A stretch of DNA of 64,000 nucleotides from Camelus ferus (lineage: Eukaryota): NCBI RefSeq assembly GCF_009834535.1, contig NC_045696.1, positions 77,874,001-77,938,000 on the forward strand, read 5' to 3'. Under the pieces are notes generated by a model. The model was not told the DNA's origin. It worked only from the letters and a program-made list of their open reading frames with translations, and made no database searches. Shown one piece after another: positions 53,825 through 64,000 of this stretch (positions are counted from its first letter, which is position 1; each line of letters starts with the position of its first letter). A program made the translations under genes and the position numbers.

Positions 53825-55369
53825 CAGAAATGCTGTAGTCTCCCAGGCCATAAAATGAGAACAAAAGCTGCCAAATACCTAGCTCACAGTAAGGCTTTAG
53901 GATTAATGAGAGTGCCCAAAAGGTGCTTTGAGCCCCACAGAACAGCTACAATATAAATGAGTCACATTATTTCACTGACAAATACTATCTATATACCGTC
54001 CAATAGAACTGAAAAAAAAAAAAAAAAAAAAGCAATCTCTTGTTGCTCCTTCCAATAATGCATATTTTTCTGCTATCACTTCTTATGATTCTTTTGAGGT
54101 TCCCATGGGGGAAAAAATAAACACTCCTGCTCCATGTCCAACTTGTGGAGTGTACGGAGATATACAAATCAATTAGATAATGGGATAGTCCATGCCCACT
54201 TTCTCACAGGACCTTTGGAATAAAATGAACTAAAAAGAGCAACACACTTTCAAGGTTGCTTCAAAGAAAATATAAATCATATGAAAGCAAGATGCCTATT
54301 TTTAGAATGTTTTATGCTCAAGTCAAATTCATTTTTCAGTACAAAACAAAACATCAACTAGGTGGTTCTGCATGCATTCAGGATTTGAACTACTTGAAAT
54401 TTCAAAATTATTTCAAGTTTCAATTAAAAAATTAAAAAATTAAAAAGTGACATGCTAGATTTATAAGATCTCATATTATTTTTATACAACCTATACCGAT
54501 CCAGTGTTGTCATTAATATTGAATAGTTCTCCATAAGCAATAAGAAATTTCTGAAAGATTACTCTAATGTCACACTAATGCCATATTATAATATAAAGAT
54601 TCATCAGTCTAGATCTGCATTTTAGTTATCAATAAAAAATGCATAGACTCTAAATATAGTTACAACAAACTCACGAATTTTTCTCTATGCCAATTTTATA
54701 CGTTTAACAATTCATGTAATACTGAGACAGGGAAAATTCAGTAGAGAAAAAATAATGTGTAGAGAAAAAAATAGTTATTCATTGAGCCTACTTCTGGACA
54801 ACAGAGATGTAAGATATAAGATGATAATATCTGTGAGACTTTAATTTTAGCTGGATGACAAACTAACGTTATATATAATTAATTTAATAATATGAATGGA
54901 AATTAGAACACAAACATGAAAGATTCTCTTGAATAGTAAGATTTAAATCTCTCAGTTCTGTACTGGACACTTTTCAATTAGAGTATATTTCAAAATAACA
55001 CCATTGAGACTTTTCACAAAGTCTTCATTGCTTTCAAGTTTCCAAATTAACATACATGTAAATGTCACACACACACACAATCATGCACACATAACAAAAA
55101 AAATTAAGTAACAAAGCTTTAAAATATGCAGATTAATTAGTGGAAAATAATTTAGAATGGTGGTTCTCAAAGCATGATTCAAGGACCAAAGAATATAAAA
55201 TCAGAATATTGAAGATAAAAGAATTCATAGGATAATAATTATATTTCTCTTCTGGAGCTGATGGGAAATTTTACTAATTCTTAATTATCTAAATACAATA
55301 CATTAATACATTCTTATTACAAAAACAGCAACACTGCAAATAAAGCTAAAGTTGATTTTGACCATGCCT

Positions 55370-55850
55370 CACATTTCAAGACCTCCATACCACCGCCAGG
55401 AAGCACTCTTACTAACATATCTTAAATTTATATTTTTATATATACAAATTTGTAAATATATGTATAGCATTATTATTTAATTTTCTTTTACTTAAATGAT
55501 ATTGTAATATACTTATCACTGTGATATTTTTTTTCAGTCAACAGAGATACCCTAAGTATTTTTCATGTAAGTTTGTACATATCTATTTTACTCTTTTTGG
55601 ATACTGCATAGTATTCTATATATAGTCTCTACTTTATTTGGTCAATTCTAAATTTTGCTACTGCAATCAAAACCTTTATGAATATCCTTGTACATACATC
55701 CACTTGAACATGTGTGAAAGTTTCTGCAAGGTTGCTAAAGAAACAGATTTGGTGTCAGAGAAAATATGAATTTTTAATTTTAATACATCCTGGTAAACTG
55801 TCCTCTGAAATGGATATACCTATTTTCAGTGCCATTAGCACTCTAGGATA
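55370..55850 (-). mobile_element. Old L1ME-like fragment
   Basis: actgcatagtattctat...tatgaatatccttgtacatacatcc...ttttaattttaatacatcctggtaaactgtcctc. Confidence 0.6.
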
Positions 55851-56449
55851 GTACTCATATTCCGTATCCTCCTCAAACCTTCTGAGCAAAAGAAACCACA
55901 TATGTGAAGGCTCTGAGTTATGAAAGAGCATGACGCATTTTGGGAAGCAAGATGTCATGCATGACAGGAGTGATGTAAAAGGAGGTCATAAAATTATGAA
56001 AAATCTTAGAGTATGAAAAAGATCTGGTCTTTATTTTAAAATCAATGTAATCAATGAAGGTTCTCTGCTCTTCCCAGAGCGTATGTGAAAAATTGAGAAA
56101 ATTGAAAAATACAGAAATGTATAAGGAAGTCTAATATATGTAATATATATAATATATAATACATATACATCTGTATTTTTAAGACCCCCCCAAGTCTTCT
56201 TTACCACCTCCATCTTATCGCCCTCTCTTCATCCCTCTCCAAAAGGAACTAATATAATGAATTTGCCCTTTCAATGCATGCTCTGTGTTTTAGGGTTATC
56301 CTAAGAAATTAAAATAGCTAGATCCTAAAACATGTTGAATGGAGAAAAAGTCAAATATCTATATCTATATCTGTATCTATATCTATATTTGTGTGTGTGT
56401 CTGTATACATGGTTATCATTTATGCAAATTTTACAGAACAGAAGCACTA

Positions 56450-56740
56450 AAAGTTTTGTATAGAAGAGTGTGGCATAATCAGATCTGAGGTTTTGAAAGT
56501 CCATCTCTAATTTATCAGAGAACAAACTGGAAGCTGCAAGAGAGGGAGCAGTGAGGTCAGTGAGCAGGCAGCTGCAGCTGTCCAGGTGAGAATTAACGCT
56601 GGCTTTCACCAGGGCGGAGACAGTGAAGATGGAGAAAAACAAAGATTTAGAAGTTATTTAGGAGGTAGACTTGCTAAGACTAATTGAAAAGATAAAGGAG
56701 TTGAGAGAATGGTAGAAGTCTGGGAAACTTCTGGATTGAG
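56450..56740 (-). mobile_element. L2 fragment
   Basis: gagtgtggcataatcagatctgaggttttgaaag...gtccaggtgagaattaacgctggc...ttatttaggaggtagacttgc. Confidence 0.72.
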
Positions 56741-57922
56741 AGTGCGGGTCAAATTCTCCTTACCATCCACAGGCTTAGTTAACTCTGGGCTGAACTCCTA
56801 AACTCCACCAACTCCCCTCTATGCTTCCACATACATACAACTGTCCCATGAGATAGCTCTCTGCCTTCCCACTGCAGAGGAAATTTTCTGACCTGAGAGA
56901 AGATTTTGTTTTGCTGGATGATACACAATAGTAGTTGGTCTAGTGACTGGGCATTTTGCTCTTATGAATGGAATGAAGTCTGAGGTCTCTGAGAAAATGC
57001 ATACTTTTATAGTGCTGGTAATTAATTTTTCATTTCAGTATGATAAAGCAGAAAATTTTTCTTTCTTATCTTTCAAAAAAACACTTTTCTGGAACGTCTC
57101 ATATTCTAGCTATATGTTGAAGATACGGTAGCGACACTGAAGTCAAGCTACAAGCCATCATGGAGCCTGTGGTCAAGTAATCAGGTAGTTTCTAGAAGAT
57201 GCAAAAAACAGGGTTGGAAATACTCTATATTTAAACTTTTCTGATGATTGTACAGCTATAAATATGAAACATTTAGTAATCTTTATACTTAAGATTAGTG
57301 TCATTCCTGCTCTTCATTGAATGTATGATTTAAAAAAAGGTGAAAAAGATCAGGTCAGAATAAAATGCTCCATATAAACATATATGAATTGTTCATTTGT
57401 GAATGTAAAAAATATTACGAGTCCACATTTCTACAACTTCCACTCTACAAATTTAAGAATTTATAATACCATACAGAGTATCAATCTAGCAGCATGAGGA
57501 ACATTAAGCAATATTTGAATATAGATGAAAGTAAATTGAATTACTTGAACATTTTCCTAGCTGCGATAAGTAATATAAAAGTAGACAAAGTTAGACAATA
57601 CGTCTACTGGAAAAGGCTAAAGAAGTGTTGATCATTCAGTCTGAAAAACAAGAAATCTATCTTTAACGGTATCACATGTACATTAAAGAGAATGATGAGC
57701 TATTCAAAGACAGAAACAAAATTATTTCAAGTTATGAATACCAAGCAAATTCTTACCTGCTAGAGTTGTGAAAACATACTTGTGTTGCCCTGAAATTCTC
57801 ACAACACATTTTATAATTTTCTTGCATGAAAGTAATATATATATATACATGGTATGTATCTGCCTTAGATCAGGAATTACAATAGTATATGGAGAAAAAG
57901 GTAGCAAACAATTTAATAAGTC

Positions 57923-58439
57923 AGTGGACTAAGAATGTCGCCTGCCATATCAGTAACAAAGGATGTTACGGCCATCTAGCCATCAGCCATTGTAGTCACC
58001 CCCAAAAGTGAGCTACAAGGGAACTCAGGATGGAAACAGGATGTCTGCCATGGAGCTATAAACCACAGCCATCCTCAAGCAGTGCACCCTGAGGAGACTC
58101 AGGAAGAGAAAGTATAGGATACTGGCCCTAGACAGCTAAAGTACATATCAAAGGAATGGTTTAAATCAGCCCAGACTCTTGCATTCTCCCACACATAGAA
58201 AACTGCAAAATTCTTTAACTTGAGATATCTGGTTTTCTTTAATTAACTGCAATCTTTTGATGTTCTGACTACTGGTCTTTTTTGCAAAACTCCTATATAT
58301 ACTGGTTCCTCCTTTACCTCTTTGGAGCAGTCCCTTAAAGCTTTGTGAAAGGCTGCCTCCCGGGCTTGAGTCCTCAGAAAGTCCACGGAATAAAACACAA
58401 CTTTCAACTTTCAGGTTGTACATTTTTTTTCAGTCAACA
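57923..58439 (+). mobile_element. ERV1-class solo LTR (~517 bp)
   Basis: Near-inverted termini AGTGGACT...AGTCAACA, TATATATA at 58294-58301, AATAAA at 58389-58394, imperfect 4-bp TSD AGTC/AGTG, and duplicated U3 motif (gaactcaggatg / gactcaggaag). Confidence 0.82.
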
Positions 58440-60151
58440 AGTGTATCTTTCTTTCAGAAAGAATGTAAGAAAAGAAATTCATTAATTTTTACAACTTTTT
58501 TTCATTTTCCATTTCCATAAATGTAGAACATTCAGGATGTCTAAGTGTTGGAAGTAAAATACTTTTGCAATATGTTATGTAAGAATCAAATCCAGAAAAC
58601 TGGAAATAATCTATTTCTTTCATCTGTGTTGTTAATTTTTTAAATAGGCTTTCAGAGTTTTTTCCAAAATTGATTCAGCAGGTTGATCCTCTCTGAACCT
58701 TAAAGCAGTGAAGAAACTGGAGAACAGTACATATTTAAGAAATAATCAGAAGTGAAGATTTTTGACCTTAAATGCCTGATAGAGTTTGAAACCAGTCTGG
58801 CAGTCTTTCAAAGTAATTACATACTAAAACTCCTCCAAGGTCTGAACAAGGCATCGTGTCATCATGAGGATGCTCAGGTCACTTAGCACAAAACCAAGCA
58901 CAGACTTGTATCTCCATCAAATGTGGCACTTTCCCTAATACCCTGTCAGCTGCACAGGTGCCATTAAAAAGATTCAGCTGCTAATTCTTTATTTGAAAAG
59001 CAGCAAATGTGTATAAGGATGTGAAGTTGAGGGGAAGAGTGCTGCTTGTCAGTAGAAATGATAAATGTATGTTTACTGTATCAGAAATGTTGTCTACTGA
59101 TCTCTTGTGTGTGGGAAATTTAAGGCAGGAATATGGTTTCATCACAGCTAGGGCTGGCTTACTTTGTAATTTCAACCGTAGATTCAAACATTAATTACCC
59201 TAGTACCAATCATCATAAATACCTTAACACTACATATCTGTGTGCACTCTTGCAGATATATGCAAGCATCCTCATTTATAGTCTGTGTGAGAATGTGGGG
59301 GTGAATCTATAAAGACAGATTAGATAAAAAATCTAAAGAGAAAAAATGGGAAGAAGGAATTCATAAAAACATCATCTTTAAATGAGCCTAACCTCACAGA
59401 GAAGTAAAAATGACAAAACATGTCATTGCCAAGACAGTATTTTTCGCCTGGCCATTGAATTTCAGGAGCATTTTAGTGTCCTCTATGACAGACCCTATGT
59501 TCTCTCACAGTCCATAAGACAAAAGTCTGAGGTTCCCAACCTGTAAATAATTTTCAGTCAATTCCATCTGTCTCAGAACTCATCCCCACCATGAACTCTT
59601 CTTTCTTCAGCTGCAAAATTGGATTAAAGGACGACTTAAAAGCATTTTTATTCCAACTATAGTATTTTCCATATCTTCACACATTAACTACAATATGAAC
59701 GATCCTAGGTCTTTGTTTTGTTTTCAAAATGATCTTTAAAAATTGCTAAGTATTATTATTGTTAATAAGATAGAAGTCATGCATGTTATATGATGCAATT
59801 TTATAAGACTTTATCTGAATTCTGGTGATCTATCATCTTAAAATTATAGCTTCACACAGAAATGAAAATCATAGACTCAAAAGCCTGTGGGGCCAACAAG
59901 TAACAAAAATATGTAGATCAGGGCATTTGTAGGACTATGAAAAACTGCAGGACCAGTGGAAGCTAAAGTCCAAAGAGAGCACTATAGCATTCAAATTCAA
60001 TTCCAAAACAACTATGACAAAAATAATAATAACATACTGACAGTCAAACAAAACACCTCTGTGGATCAGATTTGGTTTTAAGTTGACAATTAGGAAGTGA
60101 CATACTTTTCTAATGAATGTGTTTTTTTCAATTTTCCTAGAGTAAACACTT

Positions 60152-60353
60152 GAAGAAGGAAGGAAGGAAGGAAGGAAGGAAGGAAGGAAGGAAGGAAGGA
60201 AGGAAGGAAGGAAGGAAGGAAGGAAGGGAGAGAGAGGGAGAGAGAGGGAGAGAGAGGGAGAGAGAGGGAGAGAGAGAGAGAGAGAGAGAGAGAAAAGAAG
60301 AAAGAGAAGGAAGAGAAGGAAGAGAAGGAAGAGAAGGGAGGGAGGGAGGAAGA
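60152..60353. repeat. Compound polypurine tract, 202 bp: (GAAG)n-(GGGAGAGAGA)n-(GA)n-(AGAGAAGGA)n-(GGGA)n
   Basis: Direct read; no pyrimidine on the + strand. Confidence 0.97.
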
Positions 60354-60994
60354 TCGATCCTGAGTCTCTGGTCCTTTTCACAGTCCTGCAACAGCCAAGT
60401 CTGAGGGTCAGGTATTTTATCATATGAATTGTCAAACATTGTTTCTGACAATGGGTTTGCAATTTTTTCACCTGAGTGGATCATGTTTACCAACAGGAAT
60501 TTTATCCAAGCTGTTACAGTCATTGTTATCACTCTGAAGCAAAGGTTCAAGCTGAAAAGTTGCCAGCAAACAGATTGTTGGATGAACGTGATTACCAAGA
60601 TTTATTAATTTGCTTATTCAAAATTTCACTGCATATTCAAGTCAGCATCCCTGAATACCCATGTGATTCATTTTCATATTTAACTCAGCTATATTATCAA
60701 GGGAAAAAAATCATGGGAGGTATTTGTCCCAGGTTAACTTATTATTTCTTTTACTAGGAATATATTGTGTTGCCATGATGAAGAAAATATTTCGTTTACA
60801 ACTTTATTCAACAGACCTTCAGGAAAAATACCACTTACCAACAGCAGGGAGAGTGAGTGACCAGGAAAAATTGTAAGGGGCAAGGTTAACACAATAACCT
60901 ATTTAAAATATACTCTATCCTGGGCAGTTAGATGTCATAGGAGACCATCCTCACACCTGTACCTTTATTTGTATGTCCTGCAGAACCCTCACAT

Positions 60995-61285
60995 CAACAT
61001 CTTATTTCCCTGCTTCACTCCTCCCCATATTGAATTTGATCCTCTTCCTCTATTGTTTCCAGATCAGTGAATGGCTCCACAATGCTCTTAGCTGTTCAAG
61101 CCAGAAACTTTTTTTTTATCATCACTGATTTATGATTTTCCCTCACACTTTACATCCAGTCAATCCCCAAGTCCAATAGATTCCACCTCCTAAATATCTT
61201 GTAAATGTGTTTACATCTCTCCATTCCTACTTCCCTAGTTAGTCCATCACGGTGTACTGCTGGATACTATATAACAACCTCCGAA
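60995..61285 (+). mobile_element. L2 fragment (5' part; continues ~62420-62810)
   Basis: cagtgaatggctccac...gttcaagccagaaac...atccagtcaatccccaagtcc...ttccacctcctaaatatct. Confidence 0.75.
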
Positions 61286-61449
61286 CTTCAAGTTGCAAAA
61301 GAATTACTTTGGCATCTATTTAAAATTACAAGCATTATCCTAAACCCGTAAGTAAAGGAAAATAGGATTATTCTGTGGACACTCAGTCATTTAATTGGCA
61401 GTGCCTGGCTTTCATATGCTATTCTGCAAGTAAGATTATAAAGGCAAAT

Positions 61450-61981
61450 ACAAATTAAGTATAAGAAAAATAAATTCTCCCGGGTACAGAAAGCCAACCA
61501 TCTCTTTGAAATGCATTCATCGAAGAAGGTAACATCCCATCTCCTGATTTCTGCGCTAGAGCAGGAGCCTCATTACAGAGGCTCTCTGGTCCAAGTTGCA
61601 AACCTACCTCTTGTCATAAAGATATAAGAAATGTATTTTCCCTCTGGATAAAGGAAATTAGCAAATACTGGTGACCACCCCAATTATCACATGAATTTAG
61701 GATGAACTATGTGTGACAATGGTGCTGTCAAGTCCTCTCACCTGAAGACTAGTAGTTATTGTTTATCTTGAGCTAATGTATGCAATGGGTTGTAGCTGCT
61801 CAGCTGTATAAATGGGCAAAATGTCCATCTTTGCAATCTCTTTAGCAGATTGTTTGTGATCTACATCTCATTCAGGTTTAATGCTTATTCAATAATAAAA
61901 TATTTTTCTTTCTCTTCTACCTTTATGGAAAGGATTTCTGGGTTGGCAGAGGATTTTGTTTTTAATTATATTTCCCCAACA
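61450..61981 (+). mobile_element. ERV1 LTR (MER34-like); left boundary uncertain
   Basis: cttgtcataaagatataagaa...gatgaactatgtgtgacaatggtgctgtcaagtcc...aataataaaa...ttttaattatatttccccaaCA. Confidence 0.7.
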
Positions 61982-62419
61982 AGAGATAGCTTTATGTAAG
62001 GTCCCTTTATTACTTGAAAAAGGTAAATTAACTGAAGGGCAGGGGTATTAGGGAGAGTGGAAGGACCTCCGTAGATTTATACAGGTTTATTGGATATGTC
62101 TCAAGGTCATTCATTCCGTGCATGATACATTTCTAGGACAAACATACATTTTATGGTTTGCTCCTCAGTTAATCTTTTCTATCCCTCGTTCTGTAAAGAC
62201 TTGTTTGATTTAGTTACAAAATATTTTGAAAATTTTCATTTGTCCCCACATCTCCATAAGGTCAATATTATGTTTGCTCTCTTTGTATTCATTCCTAGTT
62301 TGCTGGCACACTCAACTTAGATTCAAATATTTAAACATTTTAGGGTTAGAAGGAATCTTAAGAAATCACCTGTAAGAACCCCTCATTATACAGAGTCCTA
62401 CAGAGGTTAAAAATCATGC

Positions 62420-62810
62420 AGTAAAATTCAAAGTCCTCACCATGGTCTATGATGAAGTGCATCCTTCCCTCTCTGACCTTATTCCTGATCATTTTTCACT
62501 TTCCTCCAGCTTTGCTCGACTGTTTGCTATTATTCAGTCACAAAACACAAGTTCTTGCCCCAGGGTGTTTGCATTTGTTATCTCAAGCCTAGAAATGCTT
62601 TCTTTCAAATATCTGTGGAACACTGACTCTTACAAATGAGTCAGTTTTTTCCCGCTCATGTTACCTTCTCCATTAAAGGCCTCCTCCATAACGCAGTGAA
62701 ACTACACATACAACACCCGCCCCCCCCAGCACACTCTGTCCCCTTACTCTGTTTTAATTTTTTTCAGAGTATTTATCATGATCTTAACTTGTATGTATTT
62801 ACAAATGAAT
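62420..62810 (+). mobile_element. L2 fragment (3' continuation)
   Basis: taaaattcaaagtcctcaccatggtctatga...cccagggtgtttgcatttgtt...cctagaaatgctttct. Confidence 0.72.
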
Positions 62811-63137
62811 GAATAAGACTGTAATGTTAGGGTTTTAATACCCAAGAGTGACTCTGAATGTCTGCTTGCATTCTGTGTTTTCACTTTATGTGTTTTTTTC
62901 ACAACACATAAAATTCTTTCAAATAAAATCAAGTAAGAATCCAAGAGTTAATCCAGGAGATAAATGACATTATATCTTCACATTTTAATTAAGACTGTAG
63001 AAGATAGATGATCTAGCAAAAAACAATCAATGTCCCTGCAATAAGTATTCAAACCTCAGTGGCTTCAAATAAATTCTAATGGAAGACCAATACCAGGAAA
63101 CAGACTTGGCACATCCTCTGTCCCTCATAAACTACAT

Positions 63138-63295
63138 CACTGGTTTTACACTTTAGTGTGCATCAAAATTACTTGGAGGGCATATTATAATAACAGATTT
63201 CCAGGCCCTACTGCCAGAGTTTGATTCGATATGTCTGGGGTAGGGCCCCAAAATTTCTATGTTGCATAAATTCCCAGATGCTATTGATGCTGCTA
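63138..63295. mobile_element. MER5A-like hAT-Charlie MITE
   Basis: ctggttttacactttagtgtgcatcaaaattacttggagggc...cagagtttgattc...tctggggtagggccccaaaattt...ttcccagatgctattgatgctgct. Confidence 0.85.
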
Positions 63296-63723
63296 TTTAA
63301 AGATAAAGAACCTAGAACTTGGCACTGAGCACTTAAAACCACTTTACCTACCCTAATTGATGAGTTCTATGTGGAAGTAATGCTTTTGTCTGAACTGCAT
63401 ATGGATTCAGGCAGTAACAATTTGTATAAAGTAATTTAAGAAAACATTCTAGATATTTTGAAAATATAACTTGCTTTTTTATGCAAACAATTAAAACAAG
63501 AAGTAAACACTGAAATAAATGAGGTATAATTTATTCCATATTTGTAAGTAAATATACTATAGATAATTTCTTATTAAATACTTTAAATCTTTAATTATGA
63601 TCAGAACATTTCTACTCTTAATTTTCTGTGAAAAAAATTCATCTTTTTATGTGGGATGCAGACAGGCAAGAAAATGTATTGGAAATGAATGGTAACATTT
63701 GGTATACTAATAAAGGTCTTCTA

Positions 63724-63875
63724 TTTTTTTTTTTTACATTCTTGAAGCATAATTTATATACAAAAAATGCACACATTTAATGCATACATCTTGATGAGGT
63801 TGGACATAATGTCTGTGATACTATTATTTCAATCAAGGTACTAAACGCACCCATGATCTCCAGATTGTTCACAGA
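63724..63875 (-). mobile_element. Old L1 (L1MB-like) 3' terminus
   Basis: T-run followed by ttgaagcataatttatatacaaaaaatgcacacatttaatg...tcaatcaagg. Confidence 0.65.
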
Positions 63876-64000
63876 TTTTATTGCCAGTTATATGCAACCC
63901 CTGATCCTTGCTTTTTAATTCCTTTCTTAAAATGATCATTGTAAGATTCCTTCTAAAGGAATTTTAAAAGACCATATTGTCCAACCACTTAATGTTCAAC

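Noticed and set aside
59935..60598. Longest ORFs in the track (178, 153 and 84 aa)
   Set aside because: They are stop-free only because they cross the purine microsatellite; the peptides are low-complexity (LPSF/KEGR).
1..64000. Novel multi-gene system, CRISPR array, operon or foreign insert
   Set aside because: The sequence is mammalian intron with four spliced exons. There is no repeat-spacer array, no long intact ORF and no compositionally foreign block.

Overview
AT-rich mammalian genomic DNA, not microbial. It is probably camelid, inferred from a tRNA-Ala-derived Vic-1-like SINE and the absence of recognisable Alu, Bov-tA/BovB, PRE-1 or Can-SINE copies. The window lies inside NAALADL2 (M28/GCPII-like family), transcribed on the minus strand. 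Four internal coding exons (144, 93, 206 and 120 nt; approximately exons 6-9 by recalled human numbering) have canonical AG/GT boundaries and compatible phases, and splice into one open frame. The rest is intron filled with L1 fragments of several ages, L2, MIR, MaLR/ERV solo LTRs, hAT MITEs and microsatellites. I found no convincing new biological system. The best leads are the degenerate (pseudo-enzyme) active site with extra histidines, a strong cryptic donor or poison-exon candidate just after the 144-nt exon, and inverted L1 tails bracketing three exons (circRNA/dsRNA candidate). Repeat family names and boundaries were assigned by eye and need RepeatMasker/Dfam confirmation.
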